The position numbers were made by a program, and so were the translations under genes. A stretch of 64,000 bases of DNA from the NCBI GenBank assembly GCA_012295275.1, contig CM022670.1:33604001-33668000 (forward strand), written 5' to 3'. The notes beneath the pieces are model-generated. The model had not been told where the DNA came from and did not search any database. It saw nothing but the letters and a program-made list of their open reading frames with translations. This stretch comes from Chrysomallon squamiferum (taxonomy: Eukaryota; Animalia; Mollusca). Shown piece by piece: positions 28,383 through 42,720 of this stretch (position 1 is the stretch's first letter; every line of letters starts with the position of its first letter).

Positions 28383-29083
28383 TTTTACGATAATTTTAGG
28401 CCACTTTAGTACTTGAATTTTATTTTCATTTTTTTTTTATTTTTAAATGTGCAAATTCATGATTTTGTTACAAAATACCTTTAAATTCCTAACACAATCA
28501 CAGTTTCTTGACGCCTTGACAACTATAATTTCTTTTAACATGTCCACCCACCAACGACACCTATTCTACGAAAGTAGTTCAATATTTCATTTCCATTGTT
28601 AGATAACAGTTCTTGGTGTCGTGGACTGACGTGGGTATCTAAGTTATTAACAGTGAAACCCAATTCTTGGTCAATCTTTTGTTCCGCCACACAGTTTGAA
28701 AATCCCTGAACATGCTGGGTTCCTCCTGTGGAATTTGGCCAAGCGGTGGGGATTTTAAACAGACGTCATCTTACCGAATACTTTGATAAATTCCCTTGCG
28801 GTGAGATATATTAAACATCACCCGGGTCTTCACATGCGCTGAATCGTAAATTTTTGAGATGTTTGTTTTTAATGAAATTAAATATTTTCTGTGTCTGTTG
28901 TTTGTGAATAAGAAAGACTGACTAAAAAGTGAAAAAAAAAAAAAAAAGTAATGAAAAGAGACAGGAATAAAATAGGTGAATGATTCAGCGAAAACGAAGT
29001 AAAAAGTGAGCGGTATAAGACAAATATAGGTGAATGAGATCGATCGATAGATAATTATAAAATGGGCTAAAGTGATTGTAACA

Positions 29084-29084
29084 G

Positions 29085-29127
<43 letters not shown>

Positions 29128-29146
29128 CAGACAGATACAGACAGAC

Positions 29147-29223
<77 letters not shown>
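29084..29223. repeat. (GATA)n-(GACA)n-(GA)n compound microsatellite
   Basis: Directly visible. It lies inside the longest ORF in the track (28771-29412, minus strand). Confidence 0.97.
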
Positions 29224-29227
<4 letters not shown>

Positions 29228-30539
29228 GACATACAGAGAAGGTAGACAAAGACAGAGGAAGAGAAATATACTGAGAAATATGCAAGGAAACATGTCTCTA
29301 AACAGTGTTTAAGTAGGTTAGACACAACGGTTACCCACAAATTAATCCATGTTGATTTTGTTATAATCATTATTTTCCCTAACCTCTTTCTCTTTTTCGA
29401 GAGATCCAACAATTAGTATCAGTGCTGACAATGCTACCACGAACAATGAGGTCAAACCCAGTGAAAAAACCAAACATGACACCAACTTATTTGGACACGC
29501 GTTATACTGTAATAACCCATGTCAGTTCACCGAGCAGTTAATTAGTCTTCACACCTGACAGGTACATGGAATCGTCTCAGCTAGTCTGGCACCCATGGCA
29601 GTCTACACGGATATAACATAACGTTACAAACGTCTGACAATGGACTCAAGAGCGCGGTTGTTTGGTTTTCTTTTACGGGTAACAGATTAAGTAAGCACCG
29701 GTTACAATGGTGACTGAATTCTAATGTGTATCCAGCCAGCACTTTCAGTCGTTTACAAACATATGTTGTGTGTATTCGACATTAAATGGGGCACGTGACA
29801 TTATTATTTTTTAACAGCGGCAAAGGGTGAAACAGAAAGCTCAAGCAGATGTTTTTGTATTGACTGACACATTTTGAAAAATATTTTGCTAAACGTTTAC
29901 AAAGTTTCGGCGTGTTTTGTCACACGTTTTAAAATCCGTAATGGCCTCAGCCTAGAACAGATGTCGTCCCTAATAAAGCTGATTATAACAAACAGATTAG
30001 TTTATTTTGTGCTAATATTATAAACTGTTACTTAATCGTTTAACAAAATTATTTTGCATTTTGGATTCGAAATTAGGTGGATCATTACTACTAGTACCGC
30101 TACTACGACCGCAATACTCTATTTCTACCACTTCTACTGCTAAAACTACTACAACAGCTGCTAATATAGCTCGTACTAAAATTACTACTACTAGCACCAC
30201 CACCAATAGTAATGATACAAGTGGTGATGGTAATGATGATGGTAGTAGTAGCAGTAGTATTAATACTGGAAACGGCGAAAAGGCTTTCTGAAAAAAAAAA
30301 AAAAAATTGTTCATTACAATACATAAATAAAATATTAATACCTGAAAGTATAATGCGATATTTAAATTTAAAGTAATTGCGTTTATACATCTACTAAAGA
30401 TAAGAATTATTTACATACATAATTTCTTGTTAATTATATATTCAGTGACAGAGGCATAAGAAAGGTGTTAGTAATGTTGGAATAATTTTAAAGTTATTTA
30501 AACTGGACGCTATTTTAGACAGCTCTCTGAAATATTCTA

Positions 30540-31106
30540 GATCGGATTATTAAAAAACTTGATGCCTAGTTTGCCTCTTCCAAAAATTTCCGATCAAGAA
30601 CCATAGATTTATTTTCGGAATACCCGGTCACTGAATCTTCATACCAAGTTGACAAATGATGTGAAAAGTAAATAAAAACAGAATTACATTTAATGTACTC
30701 ACCGACAATGGTTGCAGCAAATTTCAAATTATATTACGAGTTCTCCAAAATCCACGGCCTTCTACTTACCTAAACAGTGAATGACGTCATTGCAATTGTT
30801 GACGTCATAGTGAGTGTTGAAGAGTTAGAGGAACGTATAAGGAATGCCTGCAACCCTTGTTACAAGGGAGATATTGACTGGAATTGGAGAGAAATGCTTG
30901 AAGAGGCGGGCAATGTGTCTCGAAAAAGAAGGCGCTCACATTGAAGTCTACGGAGCCTAAGAAAACAATAGAAGAGGGATGTTTTCGTTATGGGACAAAT
31001 TGTAGCAGTCTGTAGAAAGTTCACGACTAATTTTGTTCAAATCCGTAAATCCGTTTTCATTTAATTAAAACTTAACAGTATAGCGGGACCTTTGAATGAC
31101 CCTGTA
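30540..31106 (+). mobile_element. 3' half of a decayed Tc1/mariner DNA transposon
   Basis: The transposase tail is followed by GGGACCTTTGAATGACCCTG|TA (ends at 31104, TA at 31105-31106), which is a CAGGGT-type terminal repeat in reverse complement. A faint echo of the WPPxSPDLxPxD region lies at about 30570-30625. The left boundary is uncertain and no left TIR was seen. Confidence 0.7.
30813..30960 (+). pseudogene. Frameshifted C-terminal remnant of a Tc1/mariner-superfamily transposase
   Basis: Manual translation: SVEELEERIRNACN / (frameshift) LVTREILTGIGEKCLKRRAMCLEKEGAHIEVYGA*. This fits the 'xxEELxxRIxxAxxxI..L......RxxxCxxxxGxHxE' tail typical of Tc1/mariner (DD34E/DD37D-type) transposases. 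Confidence 0.8.
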
Positions 31107-32779
31107 TATGCTTACATACAGATAACTAAGCAGAAAAAAAAAGACATTTACATACACAGAGGGGTTGATAGGAAAGTAGGCTGTTGGGTAGGTATATAGA
31201 CAAGCAGTTGGCTAAATAGGCGACAGAGAAAAAGTTAGTGAATAAAAATAAAAAAAAAAAAAAAAAACAGAAAGAAAGAATGAAGTGAAGGCAGTAAACT
31301 TTATTAAGACACGCAGCTCAATTTCAATCTTATTTGAATAAATATGTAAGTTGAACAGTTCCGATTATGCTTTTTAAAACAACGACTCAAACCGTATTGA
31401 GTTTCTCTTGATCCTTTATTTGATAATAATGTCCTGTCAGGTAAAATATGCCAAAATTGTAATAAAAAAAAACTGGCAACGAGGTTGGCAGGCAAGCACA
31501 CAAAGAGAGAGAAATAACGCTTAATAATGAACTGATACGAATCTAGAAAGAGCGTTTAAAGAGCTAACAAGGTTCAAAATGGTGTTAATGCAGACAGGTA
31601 TTAAAATAAAAATAGTGCATATTGACAACTATCAGGTAACTTTCTAAATCTGACATGTATAAAATATATTAAAAGAAACGTTTTTAAAAGTACAAATACG
31701 ACTGTAAAGTAGCTTTAATAAACACATAAAAAATATAAATATAACACTAAATATCAGATATAGCAATTTTTATTTATTTTTATTTATTTTGTTGTTATTA
31801 TTAATTTTTTTTAATATGAAAAAAAAAAATGTAGATAATACCAACTATGAAATGTTTTCTTGTGTCATACACACACACGTATGTATATATGTATATAAGT
31901 GTGTATGTGTATTTAAATGCAAAATAAGAACAGTATGAAGATTTGTTTTCTTATTTACTAGATTAACCTTTCGATATTATTCCTGGCTGACTGATAAATT
32001 AAATCTTTGAATTCAAAACATTAACCAGGAACGAAATTAAATATTATCACGACTGTCATTTCAAAAATTAGTTCAACCCGTTTACCGTTTAAAGTAATAG
32101 ATAATATTTTTGTTTAGAATATTCTGACTACAATACATTGAACTGAGAACTGTATTGAATATAATTTATTATCTCGAAGTAAAAAAAAAACGCATTTTGT
32201 ACATTTGCCAAGCTGACTTAAGCTTACGACAACATAACAATGTCTACGGGTTTTTTTGCGCCTATACGTTGAACGAATGCTCCGAAACATGTTTACAACG
32301 ATAAAATCTCAACGATGCATAACTCCATACATACATAATTCGCAAAATCATAATAGCCGCATTTGTATAGATAATGATTTAATGATTTCGCGTGAAAGAC
32401 CAATACAAATGAATACTGACGCTGGCGAAGCGTTTGAGGGAAGACATATTCTACGACTTTCCCATCGAAAGGCTCTCGAGTTAATTTGTGGGACCTGTGC
32501 GAACCTTTTTGTCGCCTAAAATAAGGCTATTTCACAGACACACAACACAGTTGATGAGACACGTGTTTAGAGGTATTTAATGCTCTCTCCTGTAGCAAGA
32601 TACTTGTGATAACGATTCCATAGGATGTCAAGACGTGGTCATCAGAAAACAGATTCTATCTAGTTGTTGGTTGTCAGTGAAAGCATTATTTTGTTATAAT
32701 AACCATCATTACGAGTGTAAATAACAGTAGATTTAGAATTTGATAATAATAAGAAATAAAGGACGAATAATGGACCCAC

Positions 32780-33000
32780 AATAATTGCAACAACAACAAG
32801 GAAAAGACCACAATAATCTAAAGAACAACAACAATAAAAGAAAAATAACACAAACCAAAACACAAACACAAAAAAATAAAAATAAATAAATAATTCCAAA
32901 CAAACAACAGCAACAACAAGAACAACAACAACAACTACAACTACAATAACAACAACAACGACAACAACAACAACAGCAACAACAATAATAATAATAATAG
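32780..33000. repeat. Degenerate (CAA)n/(AAT)n domain
   Basis: Source of the poly-Cys ORF at 32733-33041 on the minus strand. Confidence 0.9.
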
Positions 33001-33616
33001 CAAAGTATTTTATCTTTAATATAGGGAATATAAGACTCCACAGACTAATTTAAAACCATTAATTTTAGCTCCTTGAATATTAAGCCATGATGTCAGTCAA
33101 GAATCCTGTACGTTTCCTAGATATTAAAGGTGCCCTTAAATCACAGCTAAATTTTGACACTATTAAAGCAAAGAGATCTCTTGTTACTGAAAATTCATAT
33201 GTTAAAACTATCCTAATTTGTAAATTTAAACACGGAAGGAATCTAAATAAATATTAATTTAGCGAGTTTAATATTAATTACGCACGGACACCAAAATAAA
33301 GCTTTCTTTGGTCATGTCTCGCAATAAAAGCCTGTGATTAATGTTTAAGTGATCGTTATCTCGTACGTTAAGCCTGTAGAACAAGACAATGATTTACAAC
33401 AGCTAGACGTGTATTTATAATTCCGAGACTGGCGAATACGTGAAGACATATAAACTAGTGTTTGTATAACTTTTAGAACTTAAGATAATTTATTATACAA
33501 AATATTTCTTTTTTCACACGTAAAAAGGAAGAAGAAACGGTTGTTAGCTTTATTGTAGAGATAAAAAAAATATATATTAAGGTATGTTTGTATATATATA
33601 CACACTGTGCATTAAG

Positions 33617-33617
33617 A

Positions 33618-33668
<51 letters not shown>

Positions 33669-33802
33669 ATCAAAGTGGTGGTTATTTATAGTTTAATTTT
33701 ATTTCTCTGATAATCTTTTAATAATCCGTTTTGTGGATTGTCCTGTCAAAGACGTTTTTGTTTGCTGTAAACTATTTTAGTGGATTTGTCTAAACGACTA
33801 CC

Positions 33803-33860
<58 letters not shown>
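33617..33860. repeat. (AAAT)n at 33617-33670 and (AT)n at 33806-33860
   Basis: Perfect tracts. Confidence 0.95.
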
Positions 33861-33862
<2 letters not shown>

Positions 33863-34799
33863 GAATCTGTTAACTTGGCCTTTAAGAAACAAAACTTGTA
33901 AAATCTTCTGTCACCAGTCTGTTCATTACAAGTTTGATGTTTGTTGTCACTGGTGATGTTTTTGTTTTTGTTTTTAATATTGATGGCATATGTTAGGAGA
34001 ATACACCATCTGCTATGGCAGTGATGATGAAATGTAACTGTTAATACAACGACGACGATGATCATGATGATAATGATGATAATTATGATGAAATGTATGA
34101 TTTATATGACGACGATGATTTTAGGTGTCAATGGTGACTGCGGTGAGAATGGTATACGACGTATTCGAATAATAAAGGCAACGTAAAGAAAATCTTCAGA
34201 GGCAGTTCATCAGTAACAATTCATTTTCTGTTGTAAAACGTTCTCCCCAAAAGACGTCTTGTTTTACGCTCCTGTGACTTTCACATGATATATTGATCTC
34301 ATATTTTCTTGAAAAAAATTTATCGCCAATTTCGTTTTAAACCCAAACGTCTAGAAACTGGTTAACTCTGCTATTCGTACAGACCATTTTACAGTTTGTT
34401 GCAGTTTGGTTTCCAGGTGACAGTATCGATCGCATCCACAAGTTCATTAAATTTAATTCCAACAAAGTGCGAATTCAATATTGTATAAACGACTATGATT
34501 AGCTAACTAAAAAGCCTGAAAATGGCTTAGTAAATCATTATCAATATATACCTGGTTTTTTTTTTTATGGTAATAAATATAAGATGAAAATAGCAGATTG
34601 TTTGTATTCTTAAAATATACAATGGAATAAGATAATGAAGATTAGAAACCTTTTTATCAGAAAATAGAGTTACACAAACAAAAGGTTACATATAGATAAA
34701 AAAATACATATATGAGGGGGAAAAAAGGAATGAATAATACGACGAAGGCAAATAATTATATGTGTATTTTATCTTTTAATGAAAGTGTTGCGTTATACA

Positions 34800-34839
<40 letters not shown>

Positions 34840-36549
34840 GTTTTAGATGATGCATCGATTCTGAGTGAAAAGTATAAGGACGTCTATTTTCCTCAGTGAA
34901 ACCAAATTAATAAATTTAATTGTTTATTGTCAGATCTGTAAAAACAATTTATTAAGTGGAGGAAATACATTTTTCCCAGTTGCAATAAATATCAGAATCT
35001 TTACTCTGAAGGAATACATCATTTTTCTGATTCTTTGTAACATTAAGATAGTATCCAGATGTGGAATCAAATCTCTATATGCAAACATTAGTTGACTGAA
35101 TGTAGGGTTCAACATTTCATATCATTTTTCAATACAGTTATTTTAAAATCTGCCTTGAGGATAACATACGTTTTGCCATAAAATGTCAGTTTTGCTGTTA
35201 GAGTCAACAACAGAGAATATGATACGGAAAAAAAGTCTTAATTTTCCCTGTTGGTAAAATGTCCCATAATGAAATAACAAAAATAACGTCGAGGTCATAA
35301 ACCAGTTATAAATACACAATGGCGATTAAAGTCTTTACTCAAAGTGCAATTGAATAAGAGAGTTCAAAAAAAAAAAAAAGGAAAGAGAGAAATAACAAGA
35401 TACTTCCAGAAAATACCTTGACTATGCACACGGAGAAGGATAGAAGTAGATCGTGGTTTTCAGATGTTCGTTTTGGTGGTATTTTAAACTCCTGTCTAAA
35501 CAGGAAGACTGCCTTCATCTACTGTCGAAATGTCATGAACAGATCATTTGACTTCATGTTCAGAGTTTGTATCAGTCAGACTGAGTTGGAAATAATTAAT
35601 TTTAAATTTATTAAGGATGTAACATATGCGATGCCTTCTGAAGACAGACTGAAGTAGAAATCTCTTAAACACAATATAAAACTACCTAATGTTTTTTTTT
35701 TATTTTTGTATATATATATTTTTTTTTTTTTTTTTTTTTTGCTGACTCATTTCAGGTAAACAGTTCAATACAAAATCATTTCTGGCCTTTATAATGAAGA
35801 CAAGCACAAGCACATAATTATAATTTTATATACGTTTTAATAAATTACAAAATTATTCATTTATATTTATAGGCAAATAAAAGATGATAGATATCTCACA
35901 ATAATTATATTTTATGTAGATTTACAAATACAGCCATACAGATTTGCCACAGTGAGTCTAATACATCAATTCGTCTACAGATTTAAGAGAAAAATGGGAA
36001 AATAGTTAACAAGTATTTTGTTTCTGGAACTACAAAAGAGTTGCAGACATTTTTCTTGTCATAATTTTGTTATTGACCTTACTTCATCCATAATACAAAG
36101 TATCTGTCGCCGTTAACCATTACAAAATACTAAAAGATAAATGATAAACTTTATTTTAAAAAGAATATTTATTTTAAATGAATGTAAATTATGTAATTAT
36201 TTCAATCATATAGCAGCAAAACAATTGTCCATATTCAGATGAAGTGAATACCACAGTAGAGTAACGTCCCTTGACATGTATGGCCTCCCTGTAGTTATAA
36301 AAATTTACAGTAAATAAACAGTAAATACTGAATAGTAAACAAACAGTTTTCACCAGATTTTATTTTTCTGTTAATTTTAAAGGTTTTTCTTTAATCAGGG
36401 TATTTATAATGAACAAATTGGTTTTATACCAAAATCACTTTACATTATTATTACTATTACTATTATGACGTTGTGACGTTTTTGTTTTTATCACTAATAT
36501 TTTAAATTATTCTTCACATGTTTTCAGTGATTCGATTCTAAAACGTCAA

Positions 36550-36554
<5 letters not shown>

Positions 36555-36627
<73 letters not shown>
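36555..36627. repeat. (AC)n microsatellite
   Basis: Perfect tract. Confidence 0.98.
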
Positions 36628-36628
<1 letters not shown>

Positions 36629-37492
36629 TCTCATATACATACACTCATTATAAATGTTTGTTTGATTGTTTATTCATACATTCATTTATTCAAATTTTAT
36701 GCATGAATGTTAATCTATCTTTCCATATGATGAATATATTCCTATGTCTATCGTTACTTTATAATCACATTCGTTTCTATTAAATTCATTTTCAGTAGTT
36801 TTCTCTTTTTTCTTTTTGTTTTTTTCATTACAAGTAACTGAACACAATCCCAGAAACTTCATTATTTTCAAATATGTGTTCTTTTTTTAAGATATATTTT
36901 TATATATCTGTAATATATATCAACGCTGTTGAATAATTCTTATTTATTTACTGTCTAACCATATTTGTCATTCTGTATATATCCCAGTATGTCAGTCTGT
37001 CTATCTATCTATCTCTTTATCTATCTACCTGTATGTCTGTCTCTCTCTCTCCATCTATATATCTGTATCTGTGCGTTTATCTATCTGTCTGTCTGTATGT
37101 ATGCTTAAATATCGATGGATTTATCTATCTGTCGATCGATCTGTGTGTATATTTGTTATTTCATAATTGAACTGGTTGTTTTGCTAAAGAATTTTTTTTT
37201 TCAGTGGTTAGTGGGTTTTGGGGGTGTTTTGTGTTTTGTTTTTTGTCTCTCTATCTCTTCTTTTTTCTGATCATTATGTTTATTACTTAGAACACTGTGC
37301 AAATATGCAATAAAAGTATAAATTTCACACCTTCAGACAAATATAAAATCAAGTGTTATATTCTTGCCACGATTCTGTCGTTTTAATTGCTCAGTGACAA
37401 ATTAAAGCTGCTTATATTTTAGTGTGCAATTTTAATAAGATTTTAACTTCGATATCAGGTAATTTTATATCAGTTTTATATCATGTGTTTTG

Positions 37493-37494
<2 letters not shown>

Positions 37495-37541
<47 letters not shown>

Positions 37542-37578
37542 TTGACTCATTTATTTATTTATTTATTTATTTATTTAT
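37495..37578. repeat. (ATTT)n microsatellite, interrupted once
   Basis: Directly visible. Confidence 0.95.
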
Positions 37579-38175
37579 TGTGGCAAGGCCACATTAAAGA
37601 TTTCTGTTTCTGTCTCCCTTGTCTATCTATCTATCTATACACACTAACGTCTATTTTTTCACCCATCCATCCAAATAAGTAAATAAATGTTCCGTTATCT
37701 TAACCTGCCTCCCTATTTTTCTCCCTGCTTAAAAACACATTTAATTGCTCCTTGGAATACTTGGTTTGAAATGTTTACTTTGAAATCGTCACATTGATTC
37801 CTTTCAGCAGTCGATTACATTCCGCTTCCTTTGCGGATATGACCGTGAGGTAACCATGCCAAACCCGAAACGTCCTCTCTGATAACAGAAACATGGATGA
37901 CAAAACACGTGTTTGCTACAATAACATTTCAAAACTTCGTATTTACACCAAACAATGGCGTCTTTTAGCGTTAACGATCTCTCTCCCGAAATATTGACTG
38001 TTGTGCCAATTGTACATGTTAATTGATTTTTAAAAATTACTAAATGATTTTTTGTTATTTATTTATTTATTAATATTGTTGTTATTGTTTGGGTTTTTAA
38101 TAATAATTTGGGTTTTCTTTCTATAGGATTAAACAGTCTGTAGAGCACAATGCTTTAATAAACGTAAATAGAGAA

Positions 38176-38213
<38 letters not shown>

Positions 38214-38852
38214 CTACAGGGAATGGACACGAGAAAAACGTGGTGGGCAGTCGACCTACTAGCGCGATATTTTTAATTTAAAACCACACTTAGCGGTATC
38301 CCTTACTGACGCTATAGTATGCTTTCATCGTGGAATTATCCAACAGAACATTTAAAAAAAAATTTCAAAAAAAAAAAAAAAATATCCAGTGAAACAAACA
38401 TCTATTATACTCTGTCTTTGTAACAACCGTACAATGAAGCAAATTTGTGAAATGGGCATACCTAACATGCCTGGAGTGTCATTTGATCCGACTGTGTCCT
38501 TCTGCACACACCGATAATGTGGGTGCATACGACGCAGAACATTGTATACGGGGACATCTCAAGTTTCTGGAAGGTATGTCAGCTCCAAGCTGAATGAAAC
38601 GTACGAATCATCTGTTAATCAGTGTATCAGAAACAGCGCGTGGACGAGCTGTTTTTTCATTCTCCGTCTTGTGACGATATTACAGGAATCTTAAATTTCC
38701 ACACACGCCTGGAAATTCCCCGCTATTACCCATTACTAACTGACTGAGCACTTCTTGGTTTCCGCCTTCTCGCACATATAATAAGAAGGCAAATGTAATC
38801 TGTATTCCGGTGACCAAGCCAGAAAACGTTACAAAATTAGAAGGAGAAGAAG

Positions 38853-38892
<40 letters not shown>

Positions 38893-39178
38893 ACACGCAA
38901 AGAGGTGAGAAAACAAAAGAAGGAGACAAACATTTTAAATGGAATAGTTAGAAAGATGTTTTCGTTAAGGATTCAATACTTCTGAGTTAAGGTAAATACT
39001 GCTTATATTTTTTATTATCTGTTATGTTAAATATAAATATGATTAAATTAGTTTATATATAGAAGCACACGTTCATGTTTACACATGCACTTATATATAC
39101 ATATAGACACATACCTTTTAATATATACACATGTACATACGTACATATATACACACACACAAACATAAACATACATAT

Positions 39179-39211
<33 letters not shown>

Positions 39212-40345
39212 CATTCATATACACACATCTATATACATAGAAACTACTGGATATTAAGTATGAATTCCTATTTTAATCGCTGTTACGTGTTTTGCTGAGT
39301 CAACGATATTATCTCATCAGATGATCTGTAAGATCTGGTTACTATACGTGATCACGTTCTGCGGTGTATAATTTAAACGGGTTAATAATTACATCAATGT
39401 ACGTGTGTATATTATTAAACAGTATGACAGATTAGAACTGTGGAATGTCTAACGAGGGTATATGATGCAGGGATCGTTTTTATGTGACATGTCCTAAAGG
39501 GAAACGAGGATTTCGGCATGTATTCCCGATATCTGTACCAGAATGATGCAAACAGATAACCAAACACTTATGACAAACAGAATAGGAGAGAGAATAATTA
39601 TATATATATATATATAGACACACACATACAGAGTTATTTGTTCTTCATTTTAATATTTGAAATATTCTTTGACAAGTGTATATTAAAAGGTTATATATTT
39701 TGCTGTTATTGGACATAAAAGTATTTAAATTTAAAATCAGAGAAGAAAATGTAGGGAACAAAAAGTTTATAAAAAAATATTTAAAGTACTTCTGTACTCT
39801 ATCTGGCAACGATTTTATTTTTATTTTTATTCTCTTTTTTTTTTCTTCTTTCTTTTTTTTTCCTCAAATACTCCATTTCGTAAACAACATCTAAAAACCA
39901 TTAAATTGACTAATTAAACGTTTCGCAGAAAAACAAAAAGAAAGAGAGAGAGAGAAAAGAGAGAGAGAGAGAGAGAGATACGTCCCAAAAGACAGAGATG
40001 ATACATCTGATGTAAGTTTCTGCTGCAGAGTAATCTTTCTACTCGATCTTTCCTCAGCCGGTTCCCGACTGTGGACAAAAACATTATCATCACGACACAT
40101 TCCATCATGACGTAGCTTAATTACCGCGGCGCACACAGTCGTCCTGTTGTTTGATGGATCACAAAGTCAGCCCCTTCTTCCCCAGCTTTCACATGGGACT
40201 GTAACAAAGTGTGTTTATCCGTTCTGCGGTCAGTCATACTGCGATCAGACAAAGCCGCAAAGACGTCTTCATTTCCGCGTCCTCTCAAGATGTCTGTCAC
40301 CTTTCCGGATTTCTTTCTTCCTTTTTGTTTTCATTCTCTTATTTA

Positions 40346-40379
<34 letters not shown>

Positions 40380-41039
40380 TTTTTCTTTTTATAATTTAAT
40401 GTATTTATTTATTTATTTTCTTTTGATTTTTTTTTTTTTGTATTTCTACACATTTGTTTTTTCCATCAAAAGCAAGCCCGTATAAGTATTCCCATATGAT
40501 CGATGACCTTTCTGACAACTGTAAAAATGCTTTTTTGTTGGGAGGAATTTTAAAAAAGAAGAAGAAGAAGAACACAACAAAACAAAAACGCCTAAAATCG
40601 AGAAAGAGAGAGAAAAAATTATCCTATAACTACTTAATATCAATTTACCAAATGTCAGCTGCCTTCTAGTTCTCAAAAGTCAGATAATACTTGTGGACTA
40701 TTTTTTCAACATAAAACATTTCTTGAATACAGTCATTCATGTAGTAATCTGATGTTCTTCCCACGTTTATAAAATCATTTAAGTAATTCCAAAACTGATC
40801 AGTTAAATTTATTATCTTCTCGTATTTAAGTATTCCATAACCGTGTTCTTTTATATTGGAGTATTTAAAAGAACAGTGCAATCGAGTTACGGTAATAAAA
40901 ATGATGGTTTTCGAAGTTTCATGTGTCCTATGCGTTACTATTCGTGACAAATTAATGAAATCCATACAAGTATATCTGTGTTTGGGTGTGTGTGTGTTTG
41001 TATTTTTATATCTGTCACAAACCTTTCATGAGTACTTTG

Positions 41040-41042
<3 letters not shown>

Positions 41043-41136
<94 letters not shown>
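41043..41136. repeat. (GA)n microsatellite
   Basis: Perfect tract. Confidence 0.98.
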
Positions 41137-41138
<2 letters not shown>

Positions 41139-41300
41139 TGGCTGTTGTAGAACAGTCCTATTTCTTTCTACCACTGAATTATATTTATATCATTTTTTAA
41201 GCTATCCGTCTATCTGTCTATCTGTTATCTGCCTATCTCTTCCTCGCTCTCTATCTTTATTGTCTATCTCCTTCCATCTGTCTGTCTATCTGTATGTCTG

Positions 41301-41333
<33 letters not shown>

Positions 41334-41363
41334 TTATCTTTTCTATCTTTGTCTATAATGTTT

Positions 41364-41366
<3 letters not shown>

Positions 41367-41448
<82 letters not shown>
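41367..41448. repeat. (CT)n microsatellite
   Basis: Perfect tract. Confidence 0.98.
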
Positions 41449-41452
<4 letters not shown>

Positions 41453-42685
41453 GCCTCTCCCTCTCTCTCTGCCTCTCCCTCTCTGTCTTTTGCAGTTGAT
41501 ATTCTAAGAACAAATTATACTATCATCCACAACTATTTCAAGCTAATAAAAGACTCAGGTATTCACATGCAAATGTTGTTTTTCTTCACCATCACATTCA
41601 GGATTAAAAACACAGAAAATAATAACGTAAATAATATCGTATTCATGAATATTCATACAGTCTGATGTGTTGAAAATGAGATAATTTACTGATTTTACAT
41701 AAACCTCTAGATCGGTTTCTTAATTACCTATTAACAAACAAAACAAACGCCAGTTGAACAGAAATATCTGATTATTATTGCTATATCGTCATGCAGTATC
41801 TGTCTTGAAATAAGCGCCTATAAATCATAATTTTCACTAAATAACAGAATGCGATAAACACTCGTATGAAAACGATATGATGTGCTAACAACGTCCTGTC
41901 TCTGAACAGCTAGCGGTTGTGTCTTCAACCGTTTTTTTAAATATTTCTTTTCTTTGTGTCTCGATTTGTTTATGTACTCGTCTGTGTATGTGTGTATGTT
42001 TGAAGTGATATATATATATATATGTATAGGTACGTATGTATGTTCGTACGTACATAAACATACGCATGTTCCAGCGTCTGCGTGTGCGTGTGTATGTGCG
42101 TGCATATATAGGGACGTGTGAATAATGTACGTACAAACATTTATTCGCACGCCCTTACGCACGCACCCACACATACACACACAAAACACAGAATCTTATG
42201 TATACATACATACTAACGCACACACATGTACATAAATGCGTACGCGCCCATAACACACACACACACACACACACACATACACAAGTATAATAAAGATTCC
42301 ACTAAACAACAAACACCTAAATTATGTGCGTTGTCGAATTCACCGATTCCTGAAAAAGCGAAGTCCATCACCGTGGTGGCGATATAACTTTCAAGTTCCC
42401 ACTACGACCGCGTTTGATTTATGGCTCTGATTCGATGTGTTTATGGAATTGTATTTCTTACAGCGAATGATTTGTGACCTACCTCAAATAATAATTTTTT
42501 AGAAAAAATACATATATTTCAATATAGCATATGTTAAAAAAAAAAAAAAAAAAAAAATGAGAAAAAACACTTCAGAAGAAAGAAAGAAATATAATGGTTG
42601 ATTTTTTTAGAACAAAATGTATGAGAGAGAGAAAAAAGATTTATAAAAAAATAAATAAATAAATAACAATAATTAAATAAATACA

Positions 42686-42720
<35 letters not shown>

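Noticed and set aside
28771-29412. Longest ORF in the track (213 aa)
   Set aside because: It runs through (CT)n and (TCTA)n tracts and poly-T, and has no recognisable domain.
32733-33041. Poly-Cys ORF resembling a metallothionein or keratin-associated protein
   Set aside because: It is the reverse-strand reading of a (CAA)n microsatellite, without metallothionein Cys-X-Cys/Lys spacing.
33123-33310. TTAA|AGGTGC start resembling a Kolobok-type transposon end
   Set aside because: No matching opposite end or second copy found in the window. The resemblance is from memory only.
38711-38720. Perfect NF-kB site GGAAATTCCC
   Set aside because: A single 10-mer without clustering is not enough to call a regulatory element.
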